From positions 32,001-96,000 of the forward strand of contig OZ219791.1 in assembly GCA_964291215.2 (NCBI GenBank): a stretch of DNA of 64,000 nt, in the 5' to 3' direction. The position numbers were made by a program, and so were the translations under genes. Source of the DNA: Alphaproteobacteria bacterium. Its GTDB lineage: Bacteria > Pseudomonadota > Alphaproteobacteria > MPNO01 > UBA830. This document shows positions 21,029-30,608 of the stretch, piece by piece (the first letter of the stretch is position 1; each line of letters starts with the position of its first letter). A model generated the notes under the pieces. The model was not told where the DNA came from, did no database searches, and was given only the letters and a program-made list of their open reading frames with translations.

Positions 21029-22977
21029 CGTGCGGCCTCGTGGCCTTCGAACACGGCTTCGAGTGCCGTGCGCGCCGAAAGGCAATCGCCGACCGCGATC
21101 TGGATAGCCGAAGCACTCGCAGCCTTGCGCTGTAGGGTGCGCGGCTGGCCCGCAAGGGGTGCGATTACAGCGGTTGCAGGAACCTCGGTTTCAGTGTCCA
21201 GCGACAGGTCTTTCAGAACCGCTATTCCGCCCGAGTAATCCAACAGTGCGTGATGTCCGATGATCCGCACCTTCTTTTCCCGCAGCCGGTGGCGAAGCGC
21301 AAAAGAGCTGTACATGCTGATCATCCAGCCGGGTGTGCCAGAGGGCGCAATCAACGTGACCCGCTTGCCAAGATCGGCAAGGTGTTCGGCCAGCGAGACA
21401 ACCGACCAGCCGCCCAGATTATCGACCAGAAGCACCTCGTCGCCCAGCTGGGTTGGGGCGGCAAGTGCAGCTTCCATTGTCAGCGCAGCACCGCCCGAAC
21501 GAAGGCCCTGCCCCACCGGATCGGCCCCCGTGGCCCAGACCACGGCATCCGCCGCCGCCAATGCCTCAGCACTCGCCTCGGTCTCGAGCAAGACCCTTGC
21601 GCCTGAGACCTCAAGGCGCGCCTTTTGACGAGAAAGAAGCTTGCCCCAATCCTGCCGAAGCGGCATCTCCGCCGTCCAGTTCAATGCCCCACCAAGCCGC
21701 TCGCTTCCCTCAACAAGCGTCACGGTGTGGCCCCTCTCTGCTGCGGTCGCCGCCGCTTCCATTCCGGCGGGCCCACCACCGACAACCAGCACGCGCTTTG
21801 GAGTATCGGTGCGCTCGTCGGCGGGCCAATCCGCTTCGCGCCCGGCACGGGGATTGGTTAGGCAGGTGATCGCAAGGTTCAGCGCCAGGAAATTCGCACA
21901 GCCCTGATTGCAGCCGATACAAGGGTTGGTCTCGGCCTCGCGGCCTTCCTCAGCTTTCCGGACAACCTCGGGGTCGGCGATATGCGTCCGGGCCATCCCG
22001 ACCATGTCTGCCCCGCCCGAGGCAATCATCTCTTCCGCCTGGGCGACCTGTTGATAGCGGCAGACGGTCATGATCTTTGGTCGATGTTCAACGCCTTCCG
22101 GAGCGGAGCCTATAGAGCGTGTCAGTGGCTGGAATGTATCAAGCTGAAACGCCATATCGGCCATCTGGGTCGAAACGGTGTAGCTGCCGTGATAGGCGGA
22201 ATGCGACACGTTGACGAAATCGACCTGCGTTTCGTTGGTCAAGGTTTGGATGACCTCGCACATGTCGCCCAGTGAAAGCCCGCCTTCCATGAACTCGTCG
22301 GCGCTGATCCGGAGGCCAAGCGTCTGGTCAGGGCCGATCCGCTTTCGCACCGCCTGCAACGTCTCGCGTGCAAAGCGCAGGCGGTTGTCAAACGAACCAC
22401 CATAGCTGTCATCGCGCTTGTTCGAGGCTGGCGAGAGGAACTGTTGAATCAGGTGGCCATGGGCCATTTGCAACTCGATCCCGTCAAGCCCCGCTTCGAT
22501 CAGGTTCTCGGCCACATCCGCGTGGGCTTCGACAACCATGGAAATCTCGTCCAATGTCATCGGGTGTGGCGGCGGCGCGGTGGCTGACCATGGGATCGGC
22601 GAGGCCGACCACGACGGCATTCGGGCATAGTTGCCGTCGATGTGGCGGCCAAGGTGGATGATCTGGCCAAAGAGCCGCCCGCCCTCGCCCTGCACCGCCT
22701 CGGCGATGCGACGAAAGCGCGGGATACAGTCGCGCTCGTATCCGTTCACCCCCTGCTGTCGGCCAAGACTGGAGCGGTGGACACGGATGCCTTCGAAGAT
22801 GATCAGCCCCGCCCCCCCAGCAGCGCGCGCCTGATGATAGGCCAGGTGGCGGTCTGATGGCAGGTTGTTTTCGCCGTAGTTGGTGGTGTGAGCCGGAACA
22901 AAAATGCGGTTCCGGATATCAGTTGATCCAACCCGGATCGGTTCGAATACGTTGGGGTATGTCGCGTGACGGCTCAT
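21019..22977 (-). CDS. NADH:flavin oxidoreductase (OYE/FadH-like multidomain)
   Basis: IRNRIFVPAH, ELQMAHGHLIQQFLSP..N.R.D.YGGS, CIGCNQGC, VVGGGPAG. Confidence 0.9.
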   Translation of the reverse strand: MSRHATYPNVFEPIRVGSTDIRNRIFVPAHTTNYGENNLPSDRHLAYHQARAAGGAGLIIFEGIRVHRSSLGRQQGVNGYERDCIPRFRRIAEAVQGEGGRLFGQIIHLGRHIDGNYARMPSWSASPIPWSATAPPPHPMTLDEISMVVEAHADVAENLIEAGLDGIELQMAHGHLIQQFLSPASNKRDDSYGGSFDNRLRFARETLQAVRKRIGPDQTLGLRISADEFMEGGLSLGDMCEVIQTLTNETQVDFVNVSHSAYHGSYTVSTQMADMAFQLDTFQPLTRSIGSAPEGVEHRPKIMTVCRYQQVAQAEEMIASGGADMVGMARTHIADPEVVRKAEEGREAETNPCIGCNQGCANFLALNLAITCLTNPRAGREADWPADERTDTPKRVLVVGGGPAGMEAAATAAERGHTVTLVEGSERLGGALNWTAEMPLRQDWGKLLSRQKARLEVSGARVLLETEASAEALAAADAVVWATGADPVGQGLRSGGAALTMEAALAAPTQLGDEVLLVDNLGGWSVVSLAEHLADLGKRVTLIAPSGTPGWMISMYSSFALRHRLREKKVRIIGHHALLDYSGGIAVLKDLSLDTETEVPATAVIAPLAGQPRTLQRKAASASAIQIAVGDCLSARTALEAVFEGHEAARQL

Positions 22978-22978
22978 C

Positions 22979-23698
22979 TCAGTCCATCCTCAAACCACCG
23001 TTCACCGCCATGACTGCACCGGTGGTGAAGGCAGAGTCCTTGGACAGAAGAAAGCAGACGGCGGCCGCGATCTCTTCGGGTTTTGCCATCCGTTTCAAGG
23101 GCGTCGCCGCCAACATCGCCGCTTTCTTCTCGGGCGGGTGCGCCGCCAGCATCGGGGTTTCGACGGTACCAGGGGCCACGCAGTTCGCAGTGATCGACCG
23201 AGGTGCAAATTCCTGCGCCATGGATTTCGTTAGGGCCTCGATCCCGCCTTTCGAAGCCGCATAAGCGGTGCCGGTAATCACCCCGCCCGTCCGCCCGGCA
23301 AGCGAGCCGAGGGTGACGATGCGCCCGCCATCGGTCAGCAGGTTCCTGGCCGCATGGCAGCAGAGAAACGGCCCGGTCAGGTTGATCGCGAGGATCTCCT
23401 CCCAACGGTCGGGCGTAAGATCGGCAAGCTTGCCATTATCCACGACGCCTGCAGCAAGCACGAGGCCATAAAGCGCGGGGGCCTTTTGGCGGATGCGGTC
23501 AAACGCCTGGTCGACCGCGCTGGCGTCGGTGAAATCCACCACGACAGCCGTGCCTCCGGTTTCTTCAGCCACAGAGGCCAGCGCATTCTCGTCCCGGTCC
23601 ATGAGGAAAAGCGGCGCATAGCCTTCGGCGGCGGCTCGGCGCGCGATGGCCGCCCCGATCCCGCCAGCCGCGCCGGTGATGGCAAGCGCGCGTGTCAT
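22979..23698 (-). CDS. Short-chain dehydrogenase/reductase
   Basis: TGAAGGIG, YAASK, NCVAPG. Confidence 0.92.
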   Translation of the reverse strand: MTRALAITGAAGGIGAAIARRAAAEGYAPLFLMDRDENALASVAEETGGTAVVVDFTDASAVDQAFDRIRQKAPALYGLVLAAGVVDNGKLADLTPDRWEEILAINLTGPFLCCHAARNLLTDGGRIVTLGSLAGRTGGVITGTAYAASKGGIEALTKSMAQEFAPRSITANCVAPGTVETPMLAAHPPEKKAAMLAATPLKRMAKPEEIAAAVCFLLSKDSAFTTGAVMAVNGGLRMD

Positions 23699-25053
23699 GG
23701 CTTTGTCTCCTTGCGTTTGTCGATGAACCGTGGTGCTTTGAGTGAAGCGTCAGGGTCGTAGATGTCCTGCATCGCGACGATATCAATCTCCGGCCTGACC
23801 CCGACCGCCGATTTCACCGCATCGCAAAGCGCAGCGCCCGGGTCGGCTCCGGCCTTGGGTGCAAGCCGCAGGCGCATCACGTCCATGGAAAGCGCGTCAT
23901 CGGGATTCTCCCGATCGATCACGATCTGGAATTCCTCCACGCGGCCGTCAGCAATCAGCACTTCTGCGACATGCCCCGGATCGATCAGCATGCCCTTCAC
24001 CTTCACCAGATCGTCAGCACGGGACGGTAGCGCGATAAACCGGTCGGTCTCGGCCCCGCAATGCGGGCAAGGCGCGCGGGTCAAGGCGGTCATGTCACCC
24101 AAGGCATAGCGCAACAGCACCGTACCGCGCCGATCCAGATGGGTCAGCACAGCAAGCCCCGTTTCCCCATCGGGAAGCGCTTCGTGGGTTACGGGATCGA
24201 CAACCTGGAAATGGAACTGGTCGGGTGCCGGGTTGTGGTAGCCGGAACCAGGGCAACATTCCACGGAACCGACCTGCATCTCGGTCGCCGCATAGGAAAT
24301 ACTGACCCAGGGATCGTTTGCGCCTAGGTCCACCATCCGCCGTGTCAGATCGGCGCGCATCGCGTCGGTGACGGCTTCTCCGGTGACGAAGGCGAGACGA
24401 ACCGCAGAAAGGTCTGCGCCCATTTCACCTGCGCGCATCAAGACGCGGCGCACATAGCTTGTCACCCCCCAAAGGATCGTGGCGCGATGGTGTTCGACGG
24501 TTCGGATCACCTCGTCAAGGCTGGACGCGTGATGAAAATCAGGGCTCGGGCGGCCAGGCATCGGGCTGACGACGGGGATCTTCATCGCATTGGCCGCGGC
24601 AATGGTGCGGTGAAAGGCACCATAAGGGTAAAGCGTCATGGGGCAGAGATTGGCGACGAGATCGGTCTCGTGCACGCCACGAATCTCCAGCGCCCGGCGA
24701 TTTGCAGTTAGGATGCGGTAGAAATCATGCACCGTGGAGTAGAACGGCGTCGGTTTGCCGCCCGATGTGCCCGTGGTGTGCATCACGTCGAAACCGACCT
24801 GGGCTTCCTCCGGCAACCCTTCTGTTTCCAATCGGAAAATCTCAGGGTCAGCGGCATAGTCAACCTTGGCGATCAGCGGTATCTTTCCGATGTCGGCAAG
24901 GCCGCCGATATCCTCGCGCTTAAGTCCGATGTCTGAGAACACCTGCCGGTAGTACGGGTGGCGTGTGAAGCAAAGGTCCAGCATCTCGGCGAACTTCGCC
25001 TCCTGCACCGCGTCGATTTCGGCGCACGACTGATATGGTAGGTCGGCAGTCAA
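23695..25053 (-). CDS. Phenylacetate-CoA ligase (PaaK)-like acyl-CoA synthetase
   Basis: HTTGTSGGKP, LLRYALGD, RADDLVKVKG. Confidence 0.85.
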   Translation of the reverse strand: MTADLPYQSCAEIDAVQEAKFAEMLDLCFTRHPYYRQVFSDIGLKREDIGGLADIGKIPLIAKVDYAADPEIFRLETEGLPEEAQVGFDVMHTTGTSGGKPTPFYSTVHDFYRILTANRRALEIRGVHETDLVANLCPMTLYPYGAFHRTIAAANAMKIPVVSPMPGRPSPDFHHASSLDEVIRTVEHHRATILWGVTSYVRRVLMRAGEMGADLSAVRLAFVTGEAVTDAMRADLTRRMVDLGANDPWVSISYAATEMQVGSVECCPGSGYHNPAPDQFHFQVVDPVTHEALPDGETGLAVLTHLDRRGTVLLRYALGDMTALTRAPCPHCGAETDRFIALPSRADDLVKVKGMLIDPGHVAEVLIADGRVEEFQIVIDRENPDDALSMDVMRLRLAPKAGADPGAALCDAVKSAVGVRPEIDIVAMQDIYDPDASLKAPRFIDKRKETKP

Positions 25054-25919
25054 GGGTCGAGCCCGAAGACACGCAACGCGTTGTCCCGCAGAAACGCCCG
25101 TTTGCTTTCCGGGCGCAACTGAAGTGCCTCGACCTCGCTCCGATAGCGCTCGAAGGTCAGAACCGGAAAGTCGGTGCCATACATCACCTTGTGCCGGCCA
25201 TAACTGTCGATGAAACGCACGAAACTCTGGGGCCAGTATTTCGGCGCATGGGCGTCAGCAATGATGAAGACGTTTTCGTGCTTGAAGGCCATCGCCGTCA
25301 TCTCGTCCGCCCAGGGGATGCCCACGTGAATGCCAACCAGCTTCAACTCGGGGAAATGGCAGGCGACCGGGTCGAGCGTGATGGGCCGACCGACACTTTC
25401 CAGCGGCCGGTTCGGGTCATAGACCAGCGATTGGCCGACCTGGGTCAGGAACGGAACGCCGAGTTCCACACATTTGGCATAGAAGGGATACCAGCGGGCG
25501 TGGTTCGGTGGCAGTTCGAACCAATGCGGATAGGCATGCGCGCCGATGAAGCCCAACTCGCGGACCGCATGTTCAAGCGCCCTCACACCCGCCATGCCTT
25601 CGGTCGGATCGATCCCGGCGAGCCCATGAAAGCGGTCGGGGTGCTTGGCGACGGCCTCGGCAATCACGTCATAAGGCAAGTGCCACGACCCCGGCAGCCC
25701 GGGTTGCCCGGTCTTGTGCGCCACGAGAAACGCGCGCTCGGTCCCTGCTGCGTCCATCATGCGCAGCATCTCTTCATAGCTGTAGCCCTGAAGTACGCTG
25801 TCGTCGCGCCCGAACTTTCGCTTGTGGAACTTGCCGGACCAATCGGGGCGCATCGCCACGATCTCGGGCGTATGCGGATTGACCACGGTGTCGATGGCAA
25901 GGATGTCAAAGTTACTCAT
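25050..25919 (-). CDS. Amidohydrolase_2 family metallohydrolase
   Basis: FPELKLVGIHVGIPW, KVMYGTDFP, FLRDNALRVF. Confidence 0.85.
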   Translation of the reverse strand: MSNFDILAIDTVVNPHTPEIVAMRPDWSGKFHKRKFGRDDSVLQGYSYEEMLRMMDAAGTERAFLVAHKTGQPGLPGSWHLPYDVIAEAVAKHPDRFHGLAGIDPTEGMAGVRALEHAVRELGFIGAHAYPHWFELPPNHARWYPFYAKCVELGVPFLTQVGQSLVYDPNRPLESVGRPITLDPVACHFPELKLVGIHVGIPWADEMTAMAFKHENVFIIADAHAPKYWPQSFVRFIDSYGRHKVMYGTDFPVLTFERYRSEVEALQLRPESKRAFLRDNALRVFGLDP

Positions 25920-27058
25920 GTCGCAAGCGCCCGTCCAAGGCCCATGTCGAGGGCTATGAGATCAAGCTGTATCTCGCTTGACCCCTCCCCGAATGTGTAA
26001 AGCCGTGCATCCCGCCAATATCGCTGCATGTCGCTGTCAGCGGCATAGCCTGCACTTGCCATGATCTGCATCCCTTCTTCCGTCACCCGTTTCAGCATTT
26101 CGGTGGTGGCCCACTTGGTTTGGGCCGCAAGCCGCGCACAATCCTCGCCCTCGTCAATGGCCCAGGCAAGGTTGCGCAAGAAAAGGCGCGCCTGATCCAC
26201 CTCGGTCTGCATGATTGCCAAACGGTGCGCGATGGCCTGAAAGCCGCCAATGGGCTGACCGAACTGTCGGCGCTCCTTCGCATGGGACACCGCCGCGTCC
26301 ACTGCTGCCTGCGCCGTGCCCACTACGACAGCGGCAAGGCCGGACCGACCGTAGAACAGCGTTTTCTTGAGGCAATCGAAACCTGACCCCTCCTGTCCGA
26401 GAAGCGCGCCTTCCGGCACGGCAACCTCGTCGAAGGCAACCTCGTAGGTCAGCGAGCATCGGTTTCCGATCTTCTCCAGCGGGGTCAGCGAGACACCTTT
26501 TGCATCCGGCGGAACAAGGAACAGAGTGATCCCCTCGTCGGTTTGCGCGGCCACAACCAGGCGAAGCGAGGAAGCGGCACCGCTGATCCAGTGCTTCAGA
26601 CCGGTGATCCGCCATCTCGACCTGTCCCTTGTCGCGCGCGTCGTCAGGGCACCGGCATCGCTGCCAGCACCGGGTTCCGTCAGCGCCAGCGCGAAAGCGC
26701 CCTCGCCTGCCAGCATACGCGGCAGGAATTCGTCGCACTGCACTTCGCTGGCCGAGGTCAAAAGCGTCATGATCCCGAAACAGGTCACCCGATTGAAAAG
26801 GATCGCCGCCATGGTCGCGTGATAGCCCAGCCGTTCTTGCACATGCGACATGGTCTGCCAGTCGCCGCCCTGCCCGCCTTTGGCTTCGGGAACGGCAAGG
26901 CCAAGCAGCCCCATTTCGGCCATCATGGGCAGCAGGTGATCCGGCGGGTTGGCCTCGGCATCCCGGCGGCGAACCTCCTCAGGCGGAAGGTGGCGCGCCA
27001 TCAACCGATCGACACTGTCAAGAAGCAGCCGTTGTTCTTCGGTTATCCTGAAACCCAT
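25916..27058 (-). CDS. Acyl-CoA dehydrogenase
   Basis: LALTEPGAGSDA, GLKHWIS, RRQFGQPIGGFQAIAH, GEGSSEIQ. Confidence 0.93.
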   Translation of the reverse strand: MGFRITEEQRLLLDSVDRLMARHLPPEEVRRRDAEANPPDHLLPMMAEMGLLGLAVPEAKGGQGGDWQTMSHVQERLGYHATMAAILFNRVTCFGIMTLLTSASEVQCDEFLPRMLAGEGAFALALTEPGAGSDAGALTTRATRDRSRWRITGLKHWISGAASSLRLVVAAQTDEGITLFLVPPDAKGVSLTPLEKIGNRCSLTYEVAFDEVAVPEGALLGQEGSGFDCLKKTLFYGRSGLAAVVVGTAQAAVDAAVSHAKERRQFGQPIGGFQAIAHRLAIMQTEVDQARLFLRNLAWAIDEGEDCARLAAQTKWATTEMLKRVTEEGMQIMASAGYAADSDMQRYWRDARLYTFGEGSSEIQLDLIALDMGLGRALAT

Positions 27059-27095
27059 TTTTTAATGCTAGGCGGCAAGGCCTTCCCGGATCAAG

Positions 27096-28679
27096 ATGTT
27101 TCTCGTGGGCAAGGATTCGGAAAGCGATGTTTTGATTGTAGGTGCCGGAGCAGCGGGTGCGGCAGCTTCCTGGCGGTTGGCCTGTCTCGGGTTCCGCGTC
27201 ACCTGCCTCGAACAGGGAGGCTGGGTGCGGCCCGAGAGTTCACCCTCGTCCGATCCGGATTGGGAAGTCTTGCGCCAGGGCCCGTGGCATCCGAACCCGA
27301 ACCTCCGCCGTAGCAGAACAGACTACCCAGTCGACGACAGCGCAAGCGATATCCAGCCCCTGCTTTTCAATGGCGTGGGTGGCAGTACTGTCATGTGGTC
27401 GTGCCATTTCCCACGGCTACACCCCAGCGACTTCGCGACAAGAACGCTTGATGGCGTGGGGGATGACTGGCCGATCCGCTATGGCGAACTCGACCCATAC
27501 TACGAGTTAAACGAACGCATGATGGGCGTGGCGGGATTGGCCGGTAATCCGGCTTATCCGCCGATGAAGGCTCCGCGAACCCCGCCCATCGGATTGTCGC
27601 CGGGCGCGCGGCGCGTGGCCGAGGCGTTCAATCGGTTGGGCTGGTCCTGGTGGCCTGCCGATCTGTCGATGGTTACCGGAACTGGCGATCACTGCTGCAA
27701 CAACTGCGGCCCTTGCGAGTTGCATTGCCCTCGCAAGGCCAAGGGCGCCGCAGACCTGAGCTACTGGCCCGCAGCCCTGTCCAAGGGAGTGTGCCTGATC
27801 ACTGGCGCGCGGGTGGTCGATATCGAAACCTACGAAACATTTGCCACCGGTATCGTTTACGCAAGCAACGGCGCGCACCACCGTCACAAGGCGCCGGTTG
27901 TGATCCTGGCCGCGAACGGCATCGGCACACCTCGGCTCTTGCTGCACTGCGGATTGGCAAACCGCAGCGGGCTTGTCGGGCGAAGACTTATGCTGCACCC
28001 GCTGGCCCGCGTCACCGGGCTTTTCGACGAACCGGTTGATGGCCACCTCGGCATCTCGGCGGGGGCCATCGTCAGCCATCATTTCTACGAAACGGACGAA
28101 ACGCGCGGCTTCCGGCGCGGCGTGAAATTGCAGGGGCTTGGCACCCATGGGCCTGCGTTGACAGCCCTGGGATCGCTTGGCCAACGACTGCCCTGGGGCC
28201 GCCAACATCACGGCGAATTTGCCCGCACTTTCGGGCATGCCTTCAGCCTTTCGATCTGTAGCGACGACATGCCCGATCCTGACAATTGCATTCTCCTTTC
28301 AGACGAGTTGACAGACAGTGACGGACTTCCAGCTCCGAAAATGATCTACCGCGTCCCCGAAAGCGCAAGGAAGGCGCTTGATTTTGGGAGGATGCGCGCG
28401 AAAGAAGTGCTGGAGGAAGCGGGCGCATCGAATTTCATCGCGATGGAAACCGTGGCAAGCGCGGGGTTTCATCTGATGGGCACCGCGCGCATGGGTGACG
28501 ACCCTGAAACCTCGGTGATCGACCGATGGGGCGAAGCGCATGACGTCGCGGGGCTCTTTGTTCTGGATGGCTCGGCTTTCGTGACTGCGACCGCCGCAAA
28601 CCCGACGAATACCATTCAGGCTCTGGCGCTGAGAGGCGCCGACAGGATCGCGGATACCAGACGGATTCGGCAATTCTGA
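27096..28679 (+). CDS. GMC-family oxidoreductase (paralog 1)
   Basis: GAGAAG, GVGGSTVMW, CNNCGPC, HLMGTARMG, ANPTNT. Confidence 0.9.
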   Translation: MFLVGKDSESDVLIVGAGAAGAAASWRLACLGFRVTCLEQGGWVRPESSPSSDPDWEVLRQGPWHPNPNLRRSRTDYPVDDSASDIQPLLFNGVGGSTVMWSCHFPRLHPSDFATRTLDGVGDDWPIRYGELDPYYELNERMMGVAGLAGNPAYPPMKAPRTPPIGLSPGARRVAEAFNRLGWSWWPADLSMVTGTGDHCCNNCGPCELHCPRKAKGAADLSYWPAALSKGVCLITGARVVDIETYETFATGIVYASNGAHHRHKAPVVILAANGIGTPRLLLHCGLANRSGLVGRRLMLHPLARVTGLFDEPVDGHLGISAGAIVSHHFYETDETRGFRRGVKLQGLGTHGPALTALGSLGQRLPWGRQHHGEFARTFGHAFSLSICSDDMPDPDNCILLSDELTDSDGLPAPKMIYRVPESARKALDFGRMRAKEVLEEAGASNFIAMETVASAGFHLMGTARMGDDPETSVIDRWGEAHDVAGLFVLDGSAFVTATAANPTNTIQALALRGADRIADTRRIRQF

Positions 28680-28704
28680 AACCCCGAAACCAGAAGTGGA
28701 CAAG

Positions 28705-28733
28705 ATGGTATATTGATATATCATTAGGCCAAC
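28705..28733. promoter_or_regulatory. 29-bp operator-like site, copy A (candidate GntR site)
   Basis: ATGGTATATTGATATATCATTAGGCCAAC, 28/29 identical to 58974-59002. Contains the palindrome TGATATATCA. Confidence 0.75.
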
Positions 28734-28798
28734 CATGCGGCGTTTTGCAGCGAGAATCGTTGTCTGTGCCGCCGGGAACCGTGTCGGAAGGGGAACGA

Positions 28799-29845
28799 AT
28801 GGCATCGTTGCGTTGTCAGGAGGAGCAAAGTTTGGGGGCTGCTGTCACGCTGCCGACAAACGAGCCTCGGGCACGTCAATGGGATGCCGACGCGCTGCGA
28901 AATGACGACAGGGTGCATTTCTACATTCTGACGCCCGACGCCTTGAATGAGATTCGCACGGCCCTTGATCTCGCCCGGACCAACGGCTTGACAGTGGACA
29001 CGGTCGAGCAAGAGGATTTCCGGGTCCCTTCCTTTGCACGGGATGTCGGAAAACTCCGGGACCGGCTTGATACCGGGCGAGGGTTTCTGGTCATCCAGGG
29101 TTTTGATCCCGAAGCCATTTCCGAGGGCGAAGCCGAGATTGTCGCCTGGGGGCTTTGCAACTATCTCGGACGCCCCATTCGCCAGGGAATCGACCATGAC
29201 CGGCGGCTCTTCACCGTGGCTGACAAAGGTGCGGCCAACACCGACCCGACGCGGATTGGTGCCAGCCCGGCACGGTCGCGCAAGCACACCGACAATGGTT
29301 GCCTGGAGCCTCGCCCCCCCGATTATCTGGGTCTGTTCTGTGTGCGCTCGGCCACCGAGGGTGGCGACAGCACGATCATCTCGGCCCGCACGATCTATGA
29401 CACGGTTTCAGCGGAACGTCCCGATATTCTGCCCATGCTCTTCCAGAGCTATCACTTCAGGGCACCGCAGGCCCATGTCTGGCCCAGTCGCGGTCTAACC
29501 GTTCAAAAACCGATCTTTGACATCAGCGCCGGTGAACTGCGCATCCATTATGCCCGTGTGATGATCGAGCCAGGGATGGAGATGGCGGGCACCCCCCTTT
29601 CCGAGGAAGAACTTGCGGCCTTTGACTACCTCGACGAATTGGTCGAGCGGCCGGAGCTCAACTTCCGTCATGTCCTGCAGCCGGGCGAGCTTTTGCTTCT
29701 GAATAATCGCGTCATGCTTCACGGTCGCGAAGCTTTCCCGCCGGGAACCTCCGGCGGGCGTACGTTGAAAAGGCTCTGGATGTGGCGGCGGCATATCGGC
29801 CCTGGCGACGATCCCGTCGCTCTGGATCTGGAGGAACTGGCATGA
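28799..29845 (+). CDS. TauD/TfdA-family Fe(II)/2-oxoglutarate dioxygenase (start uncertain)
   Basis: KHTDNG (HxD), GGDSTI, LQPGELLLLNNRVMLHGR, RTLKRLW. Confidence 0.88.
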   Translation: MASLRCQEEQSLGAAVTLPTNEPRARQWDADALRNDDRVHFYILTPDALNEIRTALDLARTNGLTVDTVEQEDFRVPSFARDVGKLRDRLDTGRGFLVIQGFDPEAISEGEAEIVAWGLCNYLGRPIRQGIDHDRRLFTVADKGAANTDPTRIGASPARSRKHTDNGCLEPRPPDYLGLFCVRSATEGGDSTIISARTIYDTVSAERPDILPMLFQSYHFRAPQAHVWPSRGLTVQKPIFDISAGELRIHYARVMIEPGMEMAGTPLSEEELAAFDYLDELVERPELNFRHVLQPGELLLLNNRVMLHGREAFPPGTSGGRTLKRLWMWRRHIGPGDDPVALDLEELA

Positions 29846-30579
29846 CACGTACGCTTGCGGCCACCGTGACCCGGCTTGACGGCACAACCTCCAGCGCCGA
29901 TTTCCAGATCCGGCGGATGTACAATTTCGGCTCGGCTACACGTGACCCCGAAACGGCCGTTGCCCATCAGGAAGAGGTCGCCAAGTCCGGCATCCACATT
30001 GCCTTCGATGTCCCTGCCCCGCGCATCTATCCGATCGCGCTACACGCGCTGACCACAGACGACGAGCTTTTCGTGCAATCGCACCGCACCTCGGGTGAGG
30101 TCGAGATCGTCATCTATGTCGGCGACGAGGTCTATGTCGGCGTCGGCTCTGACCACACGGACCGTGCGCTGGAAACCGTGTCGATCCCTGGCTCGAAACA
30201 GGCCTGCGCCAATCACATGCCTCCGGTGTTTTGGCCCTACGAGGAAATCCGCGACAGTTGGGACGACTGCGTGCTTCGCAGTTGGGTCGACGGACGACTT
30301 TATCAGGAGGTCGGCGTCAACGCATTTTTGCGTCCCGAAGACATTGTGGCGCTTCTGCGTGAACGGGTCGACGATGTGCCGGACCGAGATTTCCTGATCT
30401 TCTGCGGCACCATCGTGAGCGTCGACAAGGCGCTCGGGTATGGGTCGGAATGGCGCTACGAAATCGACGCGCCCGGGGTCCGCAAGATCGAGGCGACCTA
30501 CCGCGTCGTGGATATTCTGAAGGAGGTGAAACCGGAGTTTCTCGTGCCCTTCTTCAATCCAAAACCATCTGAAGAATAA
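29842..30579 (+). CDS. DUF2848 family (FAH-fold-like) protein
   Basis: TSGEVE..VGVGSDHTDRALE..SKQAC, LRSWVDG..YQE. Confidence 0.75.
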   Translation: MTRTLAATVTRLDGTTSSADFQIRRMYNFGSATRDPETAVAHQEEVAKSGIHIAFDVPAPRIYPIALHALTTDDELFVQSHRTSGEVEIVIYVGDEVYVGVGSDHTDRALETVSIPGSKQACANHMPPVFWPYEEIRDSWDDCVLRSWVDGRLYQEVGVNAFLRPEDIVALLRERVDDVPDRDFLIFCGTIVSVDKALGYGSEWRYEIDAPGVRKIEATYRVVDILKEVKPEFLVPFFNPKPSEE

Positions 30580-30608
30580 GTGGAAAGTCGAAAACTGGGA
30601 GAAAAGCA

